Origin: Mobula hypostoma
Lineage: Eukaryota
DNA length: 64,000 bases
Reading direction: 5' to 3'
Assembly: GCF_963921235.1 (NCBI RefSeq)
Contig: NC_086108.1
Location: 92,940,001 to 93,004,000 of the forward strand
Both the position numbers and the translations under genes were made by a program. The notes under the pieces were generated by a model that saw only the letters and a program-made list of their open reading frames with translations, had not been told where the DNA came from and ran no database searches. Positions 25,271-38,942 of the stretch are shown here, piece by piece (position 1 is the first letter of the stretch; each line of letters starts with the position of its first letter).

Positions 25271-25495
25271 ATCCAATTACAGAGGGATGTTCTGTACAGT
25301 ATTGTCATAGATCTAGTTACAGAGGGATGTTCTATAGAGTATTGTCATAGATCCAGTTGTAGAGGGATGTTCTGTATAGTATTGTCATAGATCCAGTTAC
25401 AGAGGGTTGTTCTGTACTGTACTGTCATAGATCCAGTTACAGAGGGATGTTCTGTATAGTATTGTCATAGATCCAGTTACAGAGGGATGTTCTGC
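25271..25495. repeat. Minisatellite, 40-bp unit, about 5.6 copies
   Basis: Unit atccagttacagagggatgttctgtatagtattgtcatag. Confidence 0.95.
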
Positions 25496-25689
25496 AGGGT
25501 AATGTAGTAGGTGGAAATTGGCATATTTCCCAACCACCAACATTGAGTTCGGGTCTGATGTGATGACATAATTACGTGAAGCTTTTTTTTTACCGGAGTT
25601 GCTTTATATAATATGGTTGAAGGACAATAAATGAGTTGTTATATTTTTTCTTAAACATTAAGTACCTCATGCCATTTTATTTGTGAAAA

Positions 25690-26150
25690 CCTACAGTACA
25701 GAGGCCCAGCTTTTGAAGCTCCTTGAGTAGTAGATAAGGGCTGATGCTGTTAAACGCTGAGCTGTAATGGATACACTGCAGCCTAATGTATGTTCTACTG
25801 TTGCCTAGGGGCTTCAAAGCCGAATGGAGAGCCAGTGAGATTGTGTTCACTGTAGACCTATTGTGGTGATAAGCAAATTGCAGCGCATCCAGGACCTTGC
25901 TCAGGCAGGGGTTAATTCTAGCCATGACCAAACTTTCAAAGCACTTCATCACGGTAGAAGTGAATGCTGCCAGGCGGTAATCGTTGGGGCAGATGAACTT
26001 GCTCCCTTAGGCACTGGTACGATTGGTGCCTTTTTGAAGCAGGTCCAACTGCATTCAAGTTGCCATACCCAGACTGTGAAGCACCCAGTCAGGATATTTT
26101 CAACAGTACATCTGTAAAATTTTTTTTTACAATATTTGGTGACATCCATC
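25690..26150 (-). mobile_element. Rex1/Babar-type LINE RT fragments
   Basis: MKCFESLVMARI..LDALQFAY..YSSAFNSI and FYRCTVENILTGC. Confidence 0.8.
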
Positions 26151-27399
26151 CATTTGAGAGAGCTAACAGGGCTTTGGTTTAAAATCTCACTCAGAAGAGA
26201 GTAGTGTAGAAATGGGCACTGGTAAATTAATTTTTGTGCTCAGGAATCTGGAGTAAGGTTTGAGTCGTTGGCCTTTGACTTAGAGGTGATTGGTACATCA
26301 GACACTGGCATCCTGTCTATATAAATGGTGACTCCCAACTTATAGGGGCTGCTTTGCTTCTTAAAGCAGCCGGTGCATGGTACATTTCATCCTTAAATGT
26401 TACAAGCAATGAGCAGCTTAAGCACTGATTCTCACAGGGATTATAATGGTTGCTTGAGAACAGGGTAAAGAGTTTGCTTTAGAGATTAGTTTGGTTTAAA
26501 TTTTGTTCATTTAAGAGGATTACATGTAAATTTCAAATATTACATTCTTATGCAAGCTTGTAACTCCAGATTCTTGGATGCCAGGTGAAATGTGAGTCAT
26601 CTTTATTAGTAAAATGTAACGTGACATTCATCTATGTTGGGTGCAAGAAACATCAAAGCAAAATCAAACCTACAAAGTAGTCAAAGAAATGTTTGTGCAC
26701 TCAGGTTATCCATGATTTCTGGTCTGTTTGATTAAGTAGATCAAAGATAAGTTTTCCACAAATTTCCTGCATTCTTGAATCCTTTCTATAACTTGGGAAA
26801 CAAATAATATTCTCACGGTTTATCTCATTATCAGCTAATGGACGCAAGTTGTAGTGGTTTAGTTACATATTATGTTTTCTTGGCAAGAGAGTTTTGTACA
26901 TGCATTAAATGCATCTATTCTCCATCCCCCAATGAAAGCAGGATTTGGAGAAATTAGATTGCATATTCTAGGGTGGTTCAAAATATGTAAAACCTACATT
27001 CTCCTCAAAGATGGTGGGTTGGTGCAGTAGCAGAGTGGTGCTTTACAGCACCAGTGATAGGTAGAGCAATGCCAGAGTCAGGGGTGGAGGGTTCAATGCA
27101 AGCCCATAGAGGTGGGGCGTAGAGGTTTTGCTGGCTGGTGGCTGTGCAGAGCCTACTTTCTCCTTGGCATTACGGGGGCTGCAAAGAAAAGAACCATCAG
27201 GACCATCACAGAGGCTGCTGAGCGAGCCTCCAGGTGGCTATGGATCAAGACGGTGTGACTCGTGGACCATTGCTGCTGAGATCACAAGCCAGGGCCCGAT
27301 CAACCCTGGCTGGGTCACCAGGGCAAAGGTGTCTGATGTTGAAAGACCTGAAGCACCTGAGGACCTCGGATTACGTCACTGATGGTGTATCTCAACATC

Positions 27400-27670
27400 T
27401 TAGGGGTTCAATTCCCACCACTGTCTGTAAGGAGTTTATACATTCTCCCCGTGGCTGTGTGGGTTTCCTCCGGGTGCTCCGGTTTCCTCCCATATTCCAA
27501 AGACGTACAGGTTGGGGTTAGTAAGTTTTGGGCATGTTATGTAGGCACTGGAAGTGTGGCAACGCTTGCAGGCTGCCACCAGCACAACCTTGGACAGTGT
27601 TGGTCGTCGACACAAATGAAAGATTTCACTGCATGTTTCAGTGTACCTGTGACAAATAAAGCTAATCTTT
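27400..27670 (+). mobile_element. V-SINE
   Basis: B-box-like ggttcaattcc and V-domain gtgggtttcctccgggtgctccggtttcctcccatattccaaagac. Confidence 0.8.
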
Positions 27671-28099
27671 TACTTTAAAAGATCATCAGAATTACTGGCA
27701 TTTACGAAAATCATGGCATCTGTAATGCTGTGATGTCTGCGAGTAAATCTAAGTCTTTGTTATCACTTGCCGGCATAGAAACATTTTCCCTCATGTCACC
27801 CCCCAGTTTCACTGTTCATCAGCCTTCGGCTAATGAAAATTTCAACTGTTGCAACCCACCCTGGTGGAGAGAGAACATGGAGCTTTGGCCTACGTTCACA
27901 CTTCATGAGGAATCCAGTGTTATTGTGCCCATCAGTGGAGGCAGCCATGATCTCAGTATCGGAATCACAATCAGAATTAAGTTTCCCATTACTGGCATGT
28001 CATGAAATTAGTTGTTTTATAGCAGCAGTACAGTGCAATAGATAAAAACACTATAAATTACGATAAGAAATATATATATGCATATGAAATACATATATA

Positions 28100-28470
28100 T
28101 AAATTATATTAAATAAATAGTGCAAAAAGAGAGCAAAAATGGTGAGGTAGTGTTCATGGGTTCATCGTCCATTCACAAATTTGATACCGGAGGGGAAGAA
28201 GCTGTTCCCGAAACAATGAGTGTGTGTCTTAGAGGCATCGCCTCTTGAAGGTATCCTTGATGCTGGGAGGTTAGTGCCCATGATGGAACTGGCTAAGTTT
28301 GTAACTTCCTGCAGCTCTTTCCAGTCCTGTGCTGTGGCCCCTCCATACCGGATGGTGATGCAACCGGTTACAATGCCCTCCATGGTACAGCGGTAGAAAT
28401 TTGCCGGAGTCTTTAGTGACCTGCCATGTCTCCTCAAACTCTGAATGAAATATAGCCACCGCATGCTGCA
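28100..28470 (-). mobile_element. Rex1/Babar-type LINE 3' fragment
   Basis: ORF 28162..28464, FYRCTMEGIVTGCITIRYG..FGNSFFPSGIKF. Confidence 0.8.
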
Positions 28471-28494
28471 AAAGGATCAGAATCAGGTTTAATA

Positions 28495-29455
28495 GTGCGC
28501 ATGTGCCGGTCGTGCAGGCAGCCTGTTACAGCCGTTCCAGATCAGTATTCTTACTTTTTAACTTACGTTATGTTTTATTTTTTTTTTGGACGGTAACATG
28601 TCGAAGCTGCATCCTCTCTAACATGCTGGTAGAGAGAGTTTTATTTGGGTTTTTAGTGCTGGAAATAGTTACATTCTGACACGTCTCATTAGCGGGACAG
28701 AAGCATGGTAGCATTGTTTATTCCAGGGACCAGCTGATTGATCTTATGCAGCCGGTTTAGCGAGCACAGCGGCGGACACCTCTGCTGAAATCTGGAGGAA
28801 AACACACAGAGGATGCAGAGGGGGATGACAAAGTCGAGGAAAGAGGACCGGGTCGAGACAACAGAGACTTATGGAGAAGAGGAGTTCGGTGGGTAATAAA
28901 ATGGACAAGTGCACAGCGCTAGCCAGACGTCAGAGAACATTTCAGGAGTGCAGTGTTATGTGTTATACTGGAACGTGGCTGCACGTGGACATACCCGACC
29001 AAAACTTTTCCATGGAGGGCTTCCAGACCGTTCGGGCTGACCGGAAGTGCACTGAGAGCGGTAAGCGTAAAGGAGTTGGGTGCTTACTGTTCTGGTTGAC
29101 AAAAGATGGTGCAATCCGAGTCATATTACGATCGAGGAATGTGTTTGTAGACCGGGTATTGAACTTTTTGCTGTTGGACTCCGGCCATATTCCACTGAGA
29201 TACAACACTGGGCGGCACGGGAGGTCACTCCTGCCAGTGGCCATCGAACTTTGCAGCTCCTCCCGTGGAGGGTCAGGCACCCTGAGCCAATAGGCTGGTC
29301 CTGGACTTATTTTCCATCTGGCATAGTTTGCATATTGTTGTTTGATTGTTTGTGGTTTTTGTATTGCTATATTTATGCTCTATTCTTGGTTGGAGCGGCT
29401 GTAACGAAACCCAATTTCCCTCGGGATCAATAAAGTACATCTGTCTATCTATCTA
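28495..29455 (+). mobile_element. Internally deleted Rex1/Babar-type LINE (5' end + APE start fused to 3' end)
   Basis: ORF 28871..29293 joins APE motifs (SVGNKMD..CYTGTWL..FQTVRADR) to the RT C-terminus (GRSLLPVAIELC). (tcta)n tail and a taata duplication of the host repeat. Confidence 0.78.
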
Positions 29456-29524
29456 TCTAATATCACTGGCATATGTTGTGAAATTTATTGTTTTGCAGCT
29501 GCAGTACATTGCAATACATAATAA

Positions 29525-29980
29525 CATGATTGTGAACACAGCCCAGCACATCACACAAACCAATCCTCCGTCCTTGGACTCACTTTACACCGCACGCTGT
29601 CGGAGCAGTGCTGCCAGGATAATCAAGGACACAACCCACCCAGCCAACACGCTTTTCATCCCTCTTTCCTCCGGGAGAAGGCTCAGGAGCTTGAAGACTC
29701 GTACGGCCAGATTTAGGAACAGTTTCTTTCCAACTGTGATAAGACTGCTGAACAGATCCTGACCCGAATCTGGGCCGTACCCTCCAAATATCCGGACCTG
29801 CCTTTCGAGTTTTTTTTTGCACTATCTTACTTTCCCTTTTCTATTTTCTATTTATGACTTATAATTTAAATTTTTACTATTTACTATCGATTTGTACTCC
29901 AGGGAGCGTGCAGCACAGAACCAAATATCGCTGTGATCATTGTACATTCTAGTATCAATTGTTTGGTGACAATAAAGTAA
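29525..29980 (+). mobile_element. Rex1/Babar-type LINE 3' end
   Basis: AARIIKDTTHPANTLFIPLSSGRRLRSLKTRTARFRNSFFPTVIRLLN. Confidence 0.85.
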
Positions 29981-30014
29981 ACTAAAAATGTAATATAAAA
30001 AACTATAAATTACT

Positions 30015-30028
30015 ACACACACACACAG

Positions 30029-30057
<29 letters not shown>
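30015..30057. repeat. (CA)n microsatellite
   Basis: Direct read of the sequence. Confidence 0.95.
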
Positions 30058-30062
<5 letters not shown>

Positions 30063-30924
30063 TGTATGTACATATACAGTATATAAATTAAATAAGTACT
30101 GCAAAAAGAGAGCAAAAGGAAAAGAAAGACAATAATAGTGAGGTAGTGTAAATGGGATCATTGTTCAATCAGAAATCTGATGGTGGAAGAAGCTGTTCCT
30201 AAAACATTGACTGTGTGTCTTACCTCCTCTCTGGTGGTAGTATTAAGAAGAACGATGGGTGTCTGGGGAGATGGACATAACAGAAACTTTCAAATCTACT
30301 TTTAGCCCTTTCTTTCGATGAGGCCAACAATAAAGTCTTCAGATCATCCGTCCTGTTGTGATGTGCCATCTCTGAAACACATAATTCTGCTAAATCTGAC
30401 CGTTACCTTTCCAAAGCTCTCGTCCTTCCTAATGTGACGCCCTGAATTGGAATCATACAACAACTCAGCTTTTGGTGTATTTTTACCACAACCGCCATTT
30501 TTCTTCCGTTTATAAGTACTGTACCAGTGTTCCACATGGCCTGCTCACTGCTTTCAAACACCTCTGGCACCTTTCTTCTTGCAGCATGCATCACTAAGGA
30601 GTCTCACCATCTGGGTCATGCCCTTACCCGGTTACTATCTTCAGAGAGAGGAGCTACAGGAGCCTGAAGACACATACTCACCGATTCTAAATGTTTTCTC
30701 CTCTCTGCAATCAGATTCCCGAATGCTCCATGAACACTCTCTCTGTTCCTTTCTTTTGCACCGTGTGTTGAATTTGTAATTTATAGCAATCTTGTGTCTT
30801 TGCACTGTACTGCTGATGGAAAACAACAAGTTTCACATTATACAAGACAAGGAATCAGAATCAGGTTTATTATCACTACATACGTTTTGGAATTTTTTTC
30901 TTTTTTTGGCAGCAGTACAGTGCA

Positions 30925-31280
30925 ATAGGAAGCGAGCAAGCAGCATCATTGTAGACCCATCACACCCTGGACATCACCTGTTCCAACTCCCTCCTTCTGG
31001 TAGGCACTTTAGATCACTGTATGCCAGGACAAATAGGTACAAGAACAGTTTCTTTCCGTATGCCATCAGTCTTATGAACACGTGACTTTTAGTCTATTAT
31101 AAACCAAGTCCACCTGTACATACACAGGTATACCTCATTGTATATAGTTCATGATTATCTGCACTATTGTTTTGTTTGCTTTTTGATTCTGTACAGCGAG
31201 AGCTCAGGGAAACCGGCATCAAATTCCCTGTACGTGTCCACATACTTGGCGATAATAAAGGATTCTGATTCTGATTCTGA
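30925..31280 (+). mobile_element. Rex1/Babar-type LINE 3' end
   Basis: ASSIIVDPSHPGHHLFQLPPSGRHFRSL..KNSFFPYAI, with a (gattct)n tail. Confidence 0.82.
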
Positions 31281-31770
31281 AAAAGAATATACAACAGTTT
31301 TGGACTGCCCAGCACAATCCTTGCTGATTTGATTTCACACAAACAATGTATTTCACTGTCTGTTTCAATGTGCACGTGACAACTCAAGCTAATCTTTTAA
31401 AGATCTTTACTGGTGAAAAAAAAAGAGAAAAATAATCAGCTAGTGATCATGGGTTCATGAATCATTCAGAAATCTAATGGCAGAGGGGAATAAGCTGTTT
31501 CCAAAACACTGAGTGTGTGTTTTCAGGTTTCCCTGCCTCCTCCCTGATGGTAGTAATGAGACAAGGACGTGTCTTGGATGGTGATGGTCCTTAATGATGG
31601 ATGCTGCCTTCTTGAGGCATCGCCTTTTGGAGATGTCCTCGACGGTGGGAAGGCTTGTTCTTGTGACAGAACTTGGCTGAGTGTACAACCCTCTGCAGCC
31701 TTTTCCTACCCGAGCATGGGTGTCTCCATACCAGACGATGATGCAACCAGTCAGAATACTCTCCACAGTA

Positions 31771-32090
31771 CGAGGGGTGTTTGCTAAGTCCGCGGCCTAA
31801 GATAGAAGGAGATGAGTTATACAGCTCTCGTTACACGCACGTGCAGTTCAACTCTTTGAGTGATTATGCAGAAAGTTTGACGTTAATAACATCTCCTTCT
31901 ACCATAGGCCACGAACTTATCAATCACCCCTGCTGTGGACCACTTTCTGGAGGGAAGGGATCCGTATGCTCCACGACCGCTGGACTAAGTGTGTAAATGT
32001 AGGAGGGGACTATGTTGAAAAATAAACGTGCTAGGGTTTCTAAAATTGACTCCTTCTACCCCAGGCCACAAACTTATCAATCACCCCTCG
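31771..32090. mobile_element. Mariner MITE (shorter relative of 15529-16029) inserted into a Rex1 remnant
   Basis: TIRs cgaggggtg / cacccctcg. It splits the Rex1 motif ctccacagta|catctgtag with a TA/CA duplication. Confidence 0.88.
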
Positions 32091-33049
32091 CACATCTGTA
32101 GATACAGCAAAAAGAAACCTGGATCTAATTCTGACTCTGACTCTGATATGCAGTGATGCCCGGCTTCACATCTGTGCTCCTGTGATGTTTACTTGGCTCT
32201 GCGATGAACTGAGCTTGTGGCCTGATCTAGCTGCCATATTGCCTGGCTTCATGTCTTTCATAAAACTTCAGTTCTGAATGCTGTTTGCCCAATTGTTTTT
32301 TCTCTCTCTGGGCATTGGGTATTTGATGGTCTTTTTTTAATGGATTCTTCGGGGGTTTCTTTGTTTTGTGGCTGGCTGTAATCTCAAGGTAATATACATA
32401 CTTTGATAATACATGTACTTTGAACTTTGATCTTTGATATTCCTTCCCCTCATAATGTCAAACACTTTCTGTTTCTCTCATGCAGATGCCTCACATGAAC
32501 CTATCCCACAAGATTGTCAAAAGTCCTCTTGAAGTCTGTTATTATTTACACCATTCTCATAGTATCATAGGCACAGGAAAATGATGGTTATTTTATGTGT
32601 CTGTAGGTAACTTGTAGGTTGAAAGCAGAATGCACAAGTTTAGTTTTATTCTTGATGGGTGGCTAAACAATGGGATGGTAGTTTTTGTTTGTTAAGTAAA
32701 TGCAGGTGATGTACATTTGCCGTATGGTGGGTTTTTATACATTGAAAAAAATTCTCTGCTAGAACGAGAACATACTGTCAAAGTAGCCCCTCAAAAAGAT
32801 AGGTTGACAGTTTAATTGAACAAGTTTCAACCAGGCAAATCGCATTTAATCTCTAGGAGGACTTTTGAACCTATACAGATGTTGGAATTGGAATTGGTGT
32901 ACTATTGTCACATATACTGAGGTACAGTGTAAAACTCATCCAACAAACTTTTCATACAGATCAAATCATTACACTGTGCACGGTTGTACTACACAGTAGT
33001 ACAAGGTAAAACAATAACAGAATGCACTGTAACAGCTACAGAGAAAATT

Positions 33050-33915
33050 CAAAGTAAATTTATTATCAAAGTACACATACGTCTCCGTATACAACCCTGA
33101 CATTCATTTTCCTGCAGGCATACTGAATAAATCCATAATAGAATCAATGAAAGATCGCAGCAACTTGGGCATTCAACGTGTGCAAAAAGGAACAAACTAT
33201 GCAAACACAAAAAGAAAGTAAGAATAATAATAGGTAAGTAAGCAATAAATATCGAAAACATGGGATGAAGAGTCCTTGATAGTGAGTCCATTGGTTGTGG
33301 GAACATTTCAAAGATGGGGCAACTGAGATTGTGAAGTTCAAGAGACTGATGGTTGAGGGATAGTATCCATTCCTGAACCAGGTGGTGGAGGTTCAGAGGC
33401 CCATGTATCTTCTTCCTGATGGAGTATGTCCTGGGTGACGGGGGTCCGTGATGGTGGGTGCTACTTTCACATAGATTGGCTCCATAGAGGGCTTTACCCG
33501 TGATGGACTGGGCCGTATCCACCACTTTTTGCAGGATTTTCCGTTCAGGTGCATTGGCGTTTCCATAACAGTCTGTGATGCAGCCAGTCAGTACACTCTC
33601 CGGTACACATCTATGGAAACTTAAAGTTGCTGGCCCTCTCTACCTCTGATCCTCCAATGAGGACTGGCTCATGGACCCCTGGTTTCCTTCTCCTGAGATC
33701 AATAATCAGCTCCTTGGTCTTGCTGACACTGAGTGAGAGGTTATTGTTGTGGCGCCACTCAGTCAGGTTTTCAACCTCTCTCCCTTATGCTGTTTTATCA
33801 CCACCTTTGATTCGACCAACAGCAGCAGTCTCATCAGCAAACTGGAATACGGCATTGGAGCCGTGCTTAGACACACAGTCGTATGTGTAAAGCAGAGGGT
33901 AAGCACACAGCCTTG
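33050..33915 (-). mobile_element. Rex1/Babar-type LINE RT-3' fragments
   Basis: LYTYDCVSKHGSNAVFQFADETAAVGRI and VDTAQSITGKAL. Confidence 0.8.
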
Positions 33916-33979
33916 TGGTACTCCTGCGCAGATACAGTAAGTGGAAATTAAAGCTCAAGATCATAACGAGGGAGATTAT

Positions 33980-35060
33980 TGAGCCCTGTCCACAACCTTT
34001 CTCTGCAACTTCTGCCATCTCCACAAGTTTCTTCAGTGGGATCTTACCACCAAACACAAATCTACCTCCCCCTCACTCCCTGCTTTCCTCAGGGATTACT
34101 TTCTCTCTGATTGCCTTGCCCATTCATCCCTCCCCTCTGATCTCCCTCCTGGCACGTACCCCTGCAAGCAGAAGTGCAACACCTGCCCCTACACCTCCCT
34201 GCCTCACCACTATTCACAGCCCCAAACAGGCCTTGCAGGTGAGGTCCTGATGAAGGGTTTTGGCCTGAAACGTCGACTGTACCTCTTCCTAGAGATGCTG
34301 CCTGGCCTGCTGCGTTCACCAGCAACTTTGACGTGTGTTGCTTGAATTTCCAGCATCTGCAGAATTCCTATTGTTTACCTGTGAGTCTGTTGGGTCATCT
34401 ACTGTGTTCACTGCTCTGGGTGTGGCCTCCTCTATATCACTGAGACTAACGTAGGTCGATGTCTGCTTTGTCAAGCACCTTTGCTCTGTCAGCAAAAGCA
34501 GGATTTTGCAATGGTCAACCATTTTAATTCCACTGCCCACTCCCATTCTGACATGTCAGTCCATGGTCTCCTCCACAGCCATGATGAGGCCACTCTCAGG
34601 TTGGAGGAACAACACCTCCTATCCTGTCTGAGTAACTTATTGGCATATACATTGATCTCTCTAACATCCAGTAATTTCTCCTCTCTTTTTATATTACCCA
34701 TCCTGGCTCCATTGTTATGCCTCCTCTTCTTCTCGTCTGCCTATCACCTCTCTCTAGTGACCCTTCTACATCCCTTTCTCTCATAGTCCTCTCTCCTCTC
34801 CTATTAGGAACCTTTTTCTTCAGCACTTTACCTTTTCCACCAGCCTCTCACCATCCCCCCCCTGTCCCACCCATATACCTTCCCCCTCACCTGATAGCAC
34901 TTTTCTCTTTCCTTTCCCCCCACCCAGCACCTTATTCTGTCTTCTTCTCTTTCCTTTCCAGTTCTGATGAGGGCTCCCTGCCGAAAATGTCGGCACTTTA
35001 TTCCTCTCCATAGATGCCGGCTGACCTGCTGAGTTCCTCCAGCATTTTGCATGTGTTTCT
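33980..35060 (+). mobile_element. Penelope-like element 3' portion with two hammerhead-bearing terminal modules
   Basis: PGTYPCKQKCNTCP, decayed LYITET (GIY-YIG) and LRLEEQHLL motifs. Hammerhead motifs at 34243-34279 and, decayed, at about 34959-34996. Confidence 0.8.
34243..34279 (+). ncRNA. Minimal hammerhead motif, intact core
   Basis: ggtc-ctgatga-a-gggt tttg gcct-gaaa-cgtc-gactg. Confidence 0.68.
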
Positions 35061-35369
35061 CCACAATTCCTTGCATCTTCTTGCTGTCATGTGCAGAGTT
35101 ATAGCCATGCCAAGGTGTGATGTGCAAAGTTATAGCCATACCAAGGTGTGATGCATCCAGGCAGGATGCTTTCTATGGTCCATTGATAAAAATTGGTAAG
35201 GGTCAAAGGGGACATGCCAAGTTTTTTTTAAAAGTCTCCCAAATAAGTAGAGGCATTGGTGAGCTTTTGTGGCCATGGAATTTAGGTGTTTGGGCTAGGG
35301 CAGGATATTGTTGATGTTCACTCCTAGGATCTTGAAGCTCTCAGCCCTCTCAACCTCAGCTTTGTTAAG

Positions 35370-35880
35370 CTAGAACAGGTCCTTCAACCCACAATCTTGT
35401 GCTGACTCTTTAATCTACTCCAAGAACAATCTAACCCCTAACTCCCACATAGTCCTCAATTTTTCTTTCATCCATGTGCCTATCTAAGAGTCTTTTAAAC
35501 GTCCTGCCTCTATCAGCACCCCAGGCAGTGCGTGCTATGCTCCTACCTCCTACCTCCCTCTGTGTAAAAAAAAACCTGCCTCTGACATCCCTCCTATGCT
35601 CCAAATACATTAAAGTTATGCCCCCTTGTATTGGCCAATATCTTCCCTGGGGAAAAAGTCTCCAGCTGTCCACTTGATCTACACCTCTTATCATCTTGTA
35701 CACCTCAGTCAAGTCATCTCTCATTCTCCTTCTCTCCAAAGAGGAAATCTCTAACTCGCTCAACGTATTCTCCCTCGATATCCTCTCTAATCCAGGCAGC
35801 ATTTTGGCAAGCTTCCTCTGCAACTTCTCTAAAGCTTCGACATCCTTCCTCTGATGAGGTGATCAGAACTGAACACATTA
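35370..35880 (-). mobile_element. CR1-clade LINE 3' end
   Basis: ORF 35431..35823, SLERRRMRDDLTEVYKMIRG. Confidence 0.85.
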
Positions 35881-36140
35881 ATTAAAGTTGTGCACCAACC
35901 CCTTTCCTCTATCTTGTTGACATTGAGGGAACGGTTGTCATGACACCATGTTACAAAGTTCCTGTACTCCTATTCATCATCATTTGAGATATGGCCCACA
36001 ACGGTGGTACTGTCAGCTTTATGGCAAAGATGACAAGATTTAGACAGTGTGGAACACATAATGTGTTAATTTCATTGGCTGCATTATTTTAAGTAAGTAT
36101 TTGGCTCGCTAATCTTGCAAAGGATAAGAATTTGGATCTA

Positions 36141-36700
36141 TATTCAGCGGCCACTTTATTAGGTACATCTGTACACCTGCTCATTAATTCAAATATCTAA
36201 ATGGCCAATCATGTGGCAGCAACCCAATGCATAAAATCATGCAGGCATGGTCAAGAGGTTCAGCTGTTGTTCTGAACAAGTGTCAGAATGGGGAAGAAAT
36301 GCGATTCTGGTGACTTTGACCTTCGAATAGTTGTCGCTGCTAGACAGTGTGGTTTGAGTATTTCAGAAACTGCTGATCTCCTGGGATTTTCACACACAAC
36401 AATCTCTGGAGTTTACAGAGAATGGTGCAAAAGACAAACAGTATTCAGTGAGTGGCAGTTCTGTGGACAGAAATGCTTTGTTAATGAGAGAGGTCAGAGG
36501 AGACTGGTCCAAGCTGACAGGAAGGTGACAGTCACTCAAATAACCATGCGTTACAACAGTGGTGGGCAGAAGAGCATCTCTGAACACACAACACATCAAA
36601 CCTGGAAGTGGATGGGCTACTGCAGCAGAAGACCACGAATATACACTCAGTGGCCACTTTATTAGATGCAGGAGGTACCTAATAAAGTGACCTCTGGGTG
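36141..36700 (+). mobile_element. Non-autonomous Tc1 element (same family as 22353-22914)
   Basis: TA-flanked TIRs. ORF 36288..36665, MGKKCDSGDFDLRIVVAARQCGLSISETADLLGFSHTTISGVYREW (paired-like HTH). Extra internal TIR at about 36642. Confidence 0.88.
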
Positions 36701-38042
36701 TAGATATTACATTTAAAAATATTGAAAATATCCAGTGGAAGGACATCTACTCACCAATGTCCTGGTTCAGTTTCAGCAGGGCCACTCAGTTCTAGATTCA
36801 CTGTCTGATGTAACTGTGGAGATTTTTCTATTTTCGTGTTTAAATTATGTCATGCTTACTTTAACCACTAGATGCCAGTATTGAGCCAAGCTGGATTAGA
36901 ATTTATGATATTTATGTACAGTATCTGAAATATATCTTATGGAAAGTCTTGTTTGATGATGAACTTCAATAAAAAATAAATTACAAAAAAAGTATAACTG
37001 AATCTCTGGGCTAGATTTTCACTATCGCATGTTAAAAAACTTACTTTTTGAGTAATGGGTTACATAGCAAGTGGTCTGAGCAGCCTCTAGGCCTCAAACC
37101 GGAGCAATAATGGGCCTGTTCTTTATTTCTCATTTCCTCCAAACTACAGGGTCAATATGCTGACAATTCTTGGCAGGGTGAAAGAACAGAGGGATCCTGG
37201 GATCCACATCTGTAGATCCCTCAAAGTTTTCAAGCAAGCTTTTTGGAGTATTGAAGAAGGAGTATGGGTCCCTACCACACATCCTCAATCTCTTTGACCC
37301 ACTACCATCAGGAAGGAGGTACAGGAGCATCAGGACTAGGACTGCCAGACTGGGTAACAGCTTCTTCCTTCAGGCTGTGAGACTAATGAATACCCTACCA
37401 CCACCGAGGTCTTGTCACCAGGTCAGTTTACCGTTTACTGTTTACCTGTGCTGCACACTACATACATTTTAAATTATATTTTATTAACTTTGTACTTCAC
37501 GTTTTCTGAGGATCCAACATATTGATACAATTACAAAGATAACATAACAGCGGCAATATTTCATTAGGGGATTGGGGAGAGTTGGTACGTCACCAAAGAC
37601 ACTTACAAATTTCTACAGATGTACTGTGGAGAGCATTCTAACTGGTCGCATCACTGTCTAGCGTGGAGGGGCCACAGCACAGGATCAGAAAAAGCTGCAG
37701 AAAGTTGTCAACTCAGCCAATTCCATCATGGGCAGTAGACTCCCCAGCATCTAGGACACCTTCAAAAGGCAATGCCTTAAAGGGCTGCATCCATCATCCA
37801 GGACCCCCTTTACCCAGGACATGCCCTTTTCTCATTGCTATGATGAAGGTGATGCACAGGAGCCCAAAGACACACACTTAATGTTTCAGAAACAGCCTCT
37901 TCCCTTCCACCATTAGATTTGTTGAATGGACAATGAACACATAAGCACTTCCTCAGTATTTCTTCTCTCTCTTTTTACACTACGTCTTTATTTTAAAAAA
38001 AAATATTTACATCTTGTTGTAATTTATAGTTTTTATTACTAT

Positions 38043-38942
38043 TGTTACATACTTCATGGATATATTGTGACTGTCTTATAAGGCTGATGTAATGGTCTTG
38101 CGGAGGTCACATCATGCAATTTTCCCGCCGATGTGAGGTCACGTGATGACCTGTTCTCACCAGGTATATAAGGGTAGACCCCTGCTGATGCAGTTAGTTT
38201 CAGTTTAAAACATCAGTCAGATACTCCGCAATGCTACATATTCGACCCATGATGCAGTTTAGTTTTAAAACAGAGTTTTACTTTATATTGTAAGGTACAG
38301 AAGTGTTGGGCCGGCAGTTTCACCAATAGCTGCCAGCTTTGTTGGTGTACCTTTTCAGTATTGGAGAGTGAAGACATTCCTAAGGTACAGAACCTGAAGG
38401 AGTCAAGTAAAGCTGATATCGTTCAGTGGTATTGGAGAGGATCGACCATTATTGAATCTTTGTTCAAGAAAGAGTGATCTGCATGAGATAACCTCTGCTA
38501 AAGCAGAAACGGTTGTGCAGCATCTTTTCTACAGAGGAAAAGGTCAGTTCCTTTTAAGCCGTTTATTTCCGTCGTGGTGAATCCTGCGGACAAGGCAGGT
38601 TCTGGCTGGGATCAGCATAACGTCAAGTCGGCGAGGAATTCTTTACTTCAGGAAAGTCTCTCCTAATTGACTGTATAAATCTCTTGGACTTTCAAATTTA
38701 CCATTCACATTACACATTAGAACTGTGTTCTAATTTACCACTTTAAGACTTGTGTTCGCATTTACGGCTTTAAGAACTAGTACTGAGTTTGGTGGTTTGT
38801 TCAATGGCCGCATAGCAGTTTACTTCCGGTTAAGATTTTCGTTTGTTTATCTTGTTACTAATATTGAGTAGAGTTTAATAAATGTTTATTTGCTTATAAA
38901 ACCTGACTCATTTCTGTATTCATTGTTGCCCGTCACGTGACA
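38043..38942 (+). mobile_element. Probable solo LTR
   Basis: tgttac...gtgaca termini, TATA (ggtatataagg) at about 38163 and aataaa at about 38877. Interrupts a Rex1 3' UTR. No clear TSD. Confidence 0.55.

Noticed and set aside
25271..25495. Regularly spaced repeats, superficially CRISPR-like
   Set aside because: These are contiguous tandem units with no unique spacers, in a eukaryotic context.
32486..32606. Good + strand acceptor (ttctgtttctctcatgcag) and possible donor
   Set aside because: There are stops in all three frames and no linked exons, so it is at most a non-coding exon.
36748..36795. Minus-strand gtgagt donor with a short open frame
   Set aside because: The sequence matches a decayed CR1 'LKLYRTLVR' segment.
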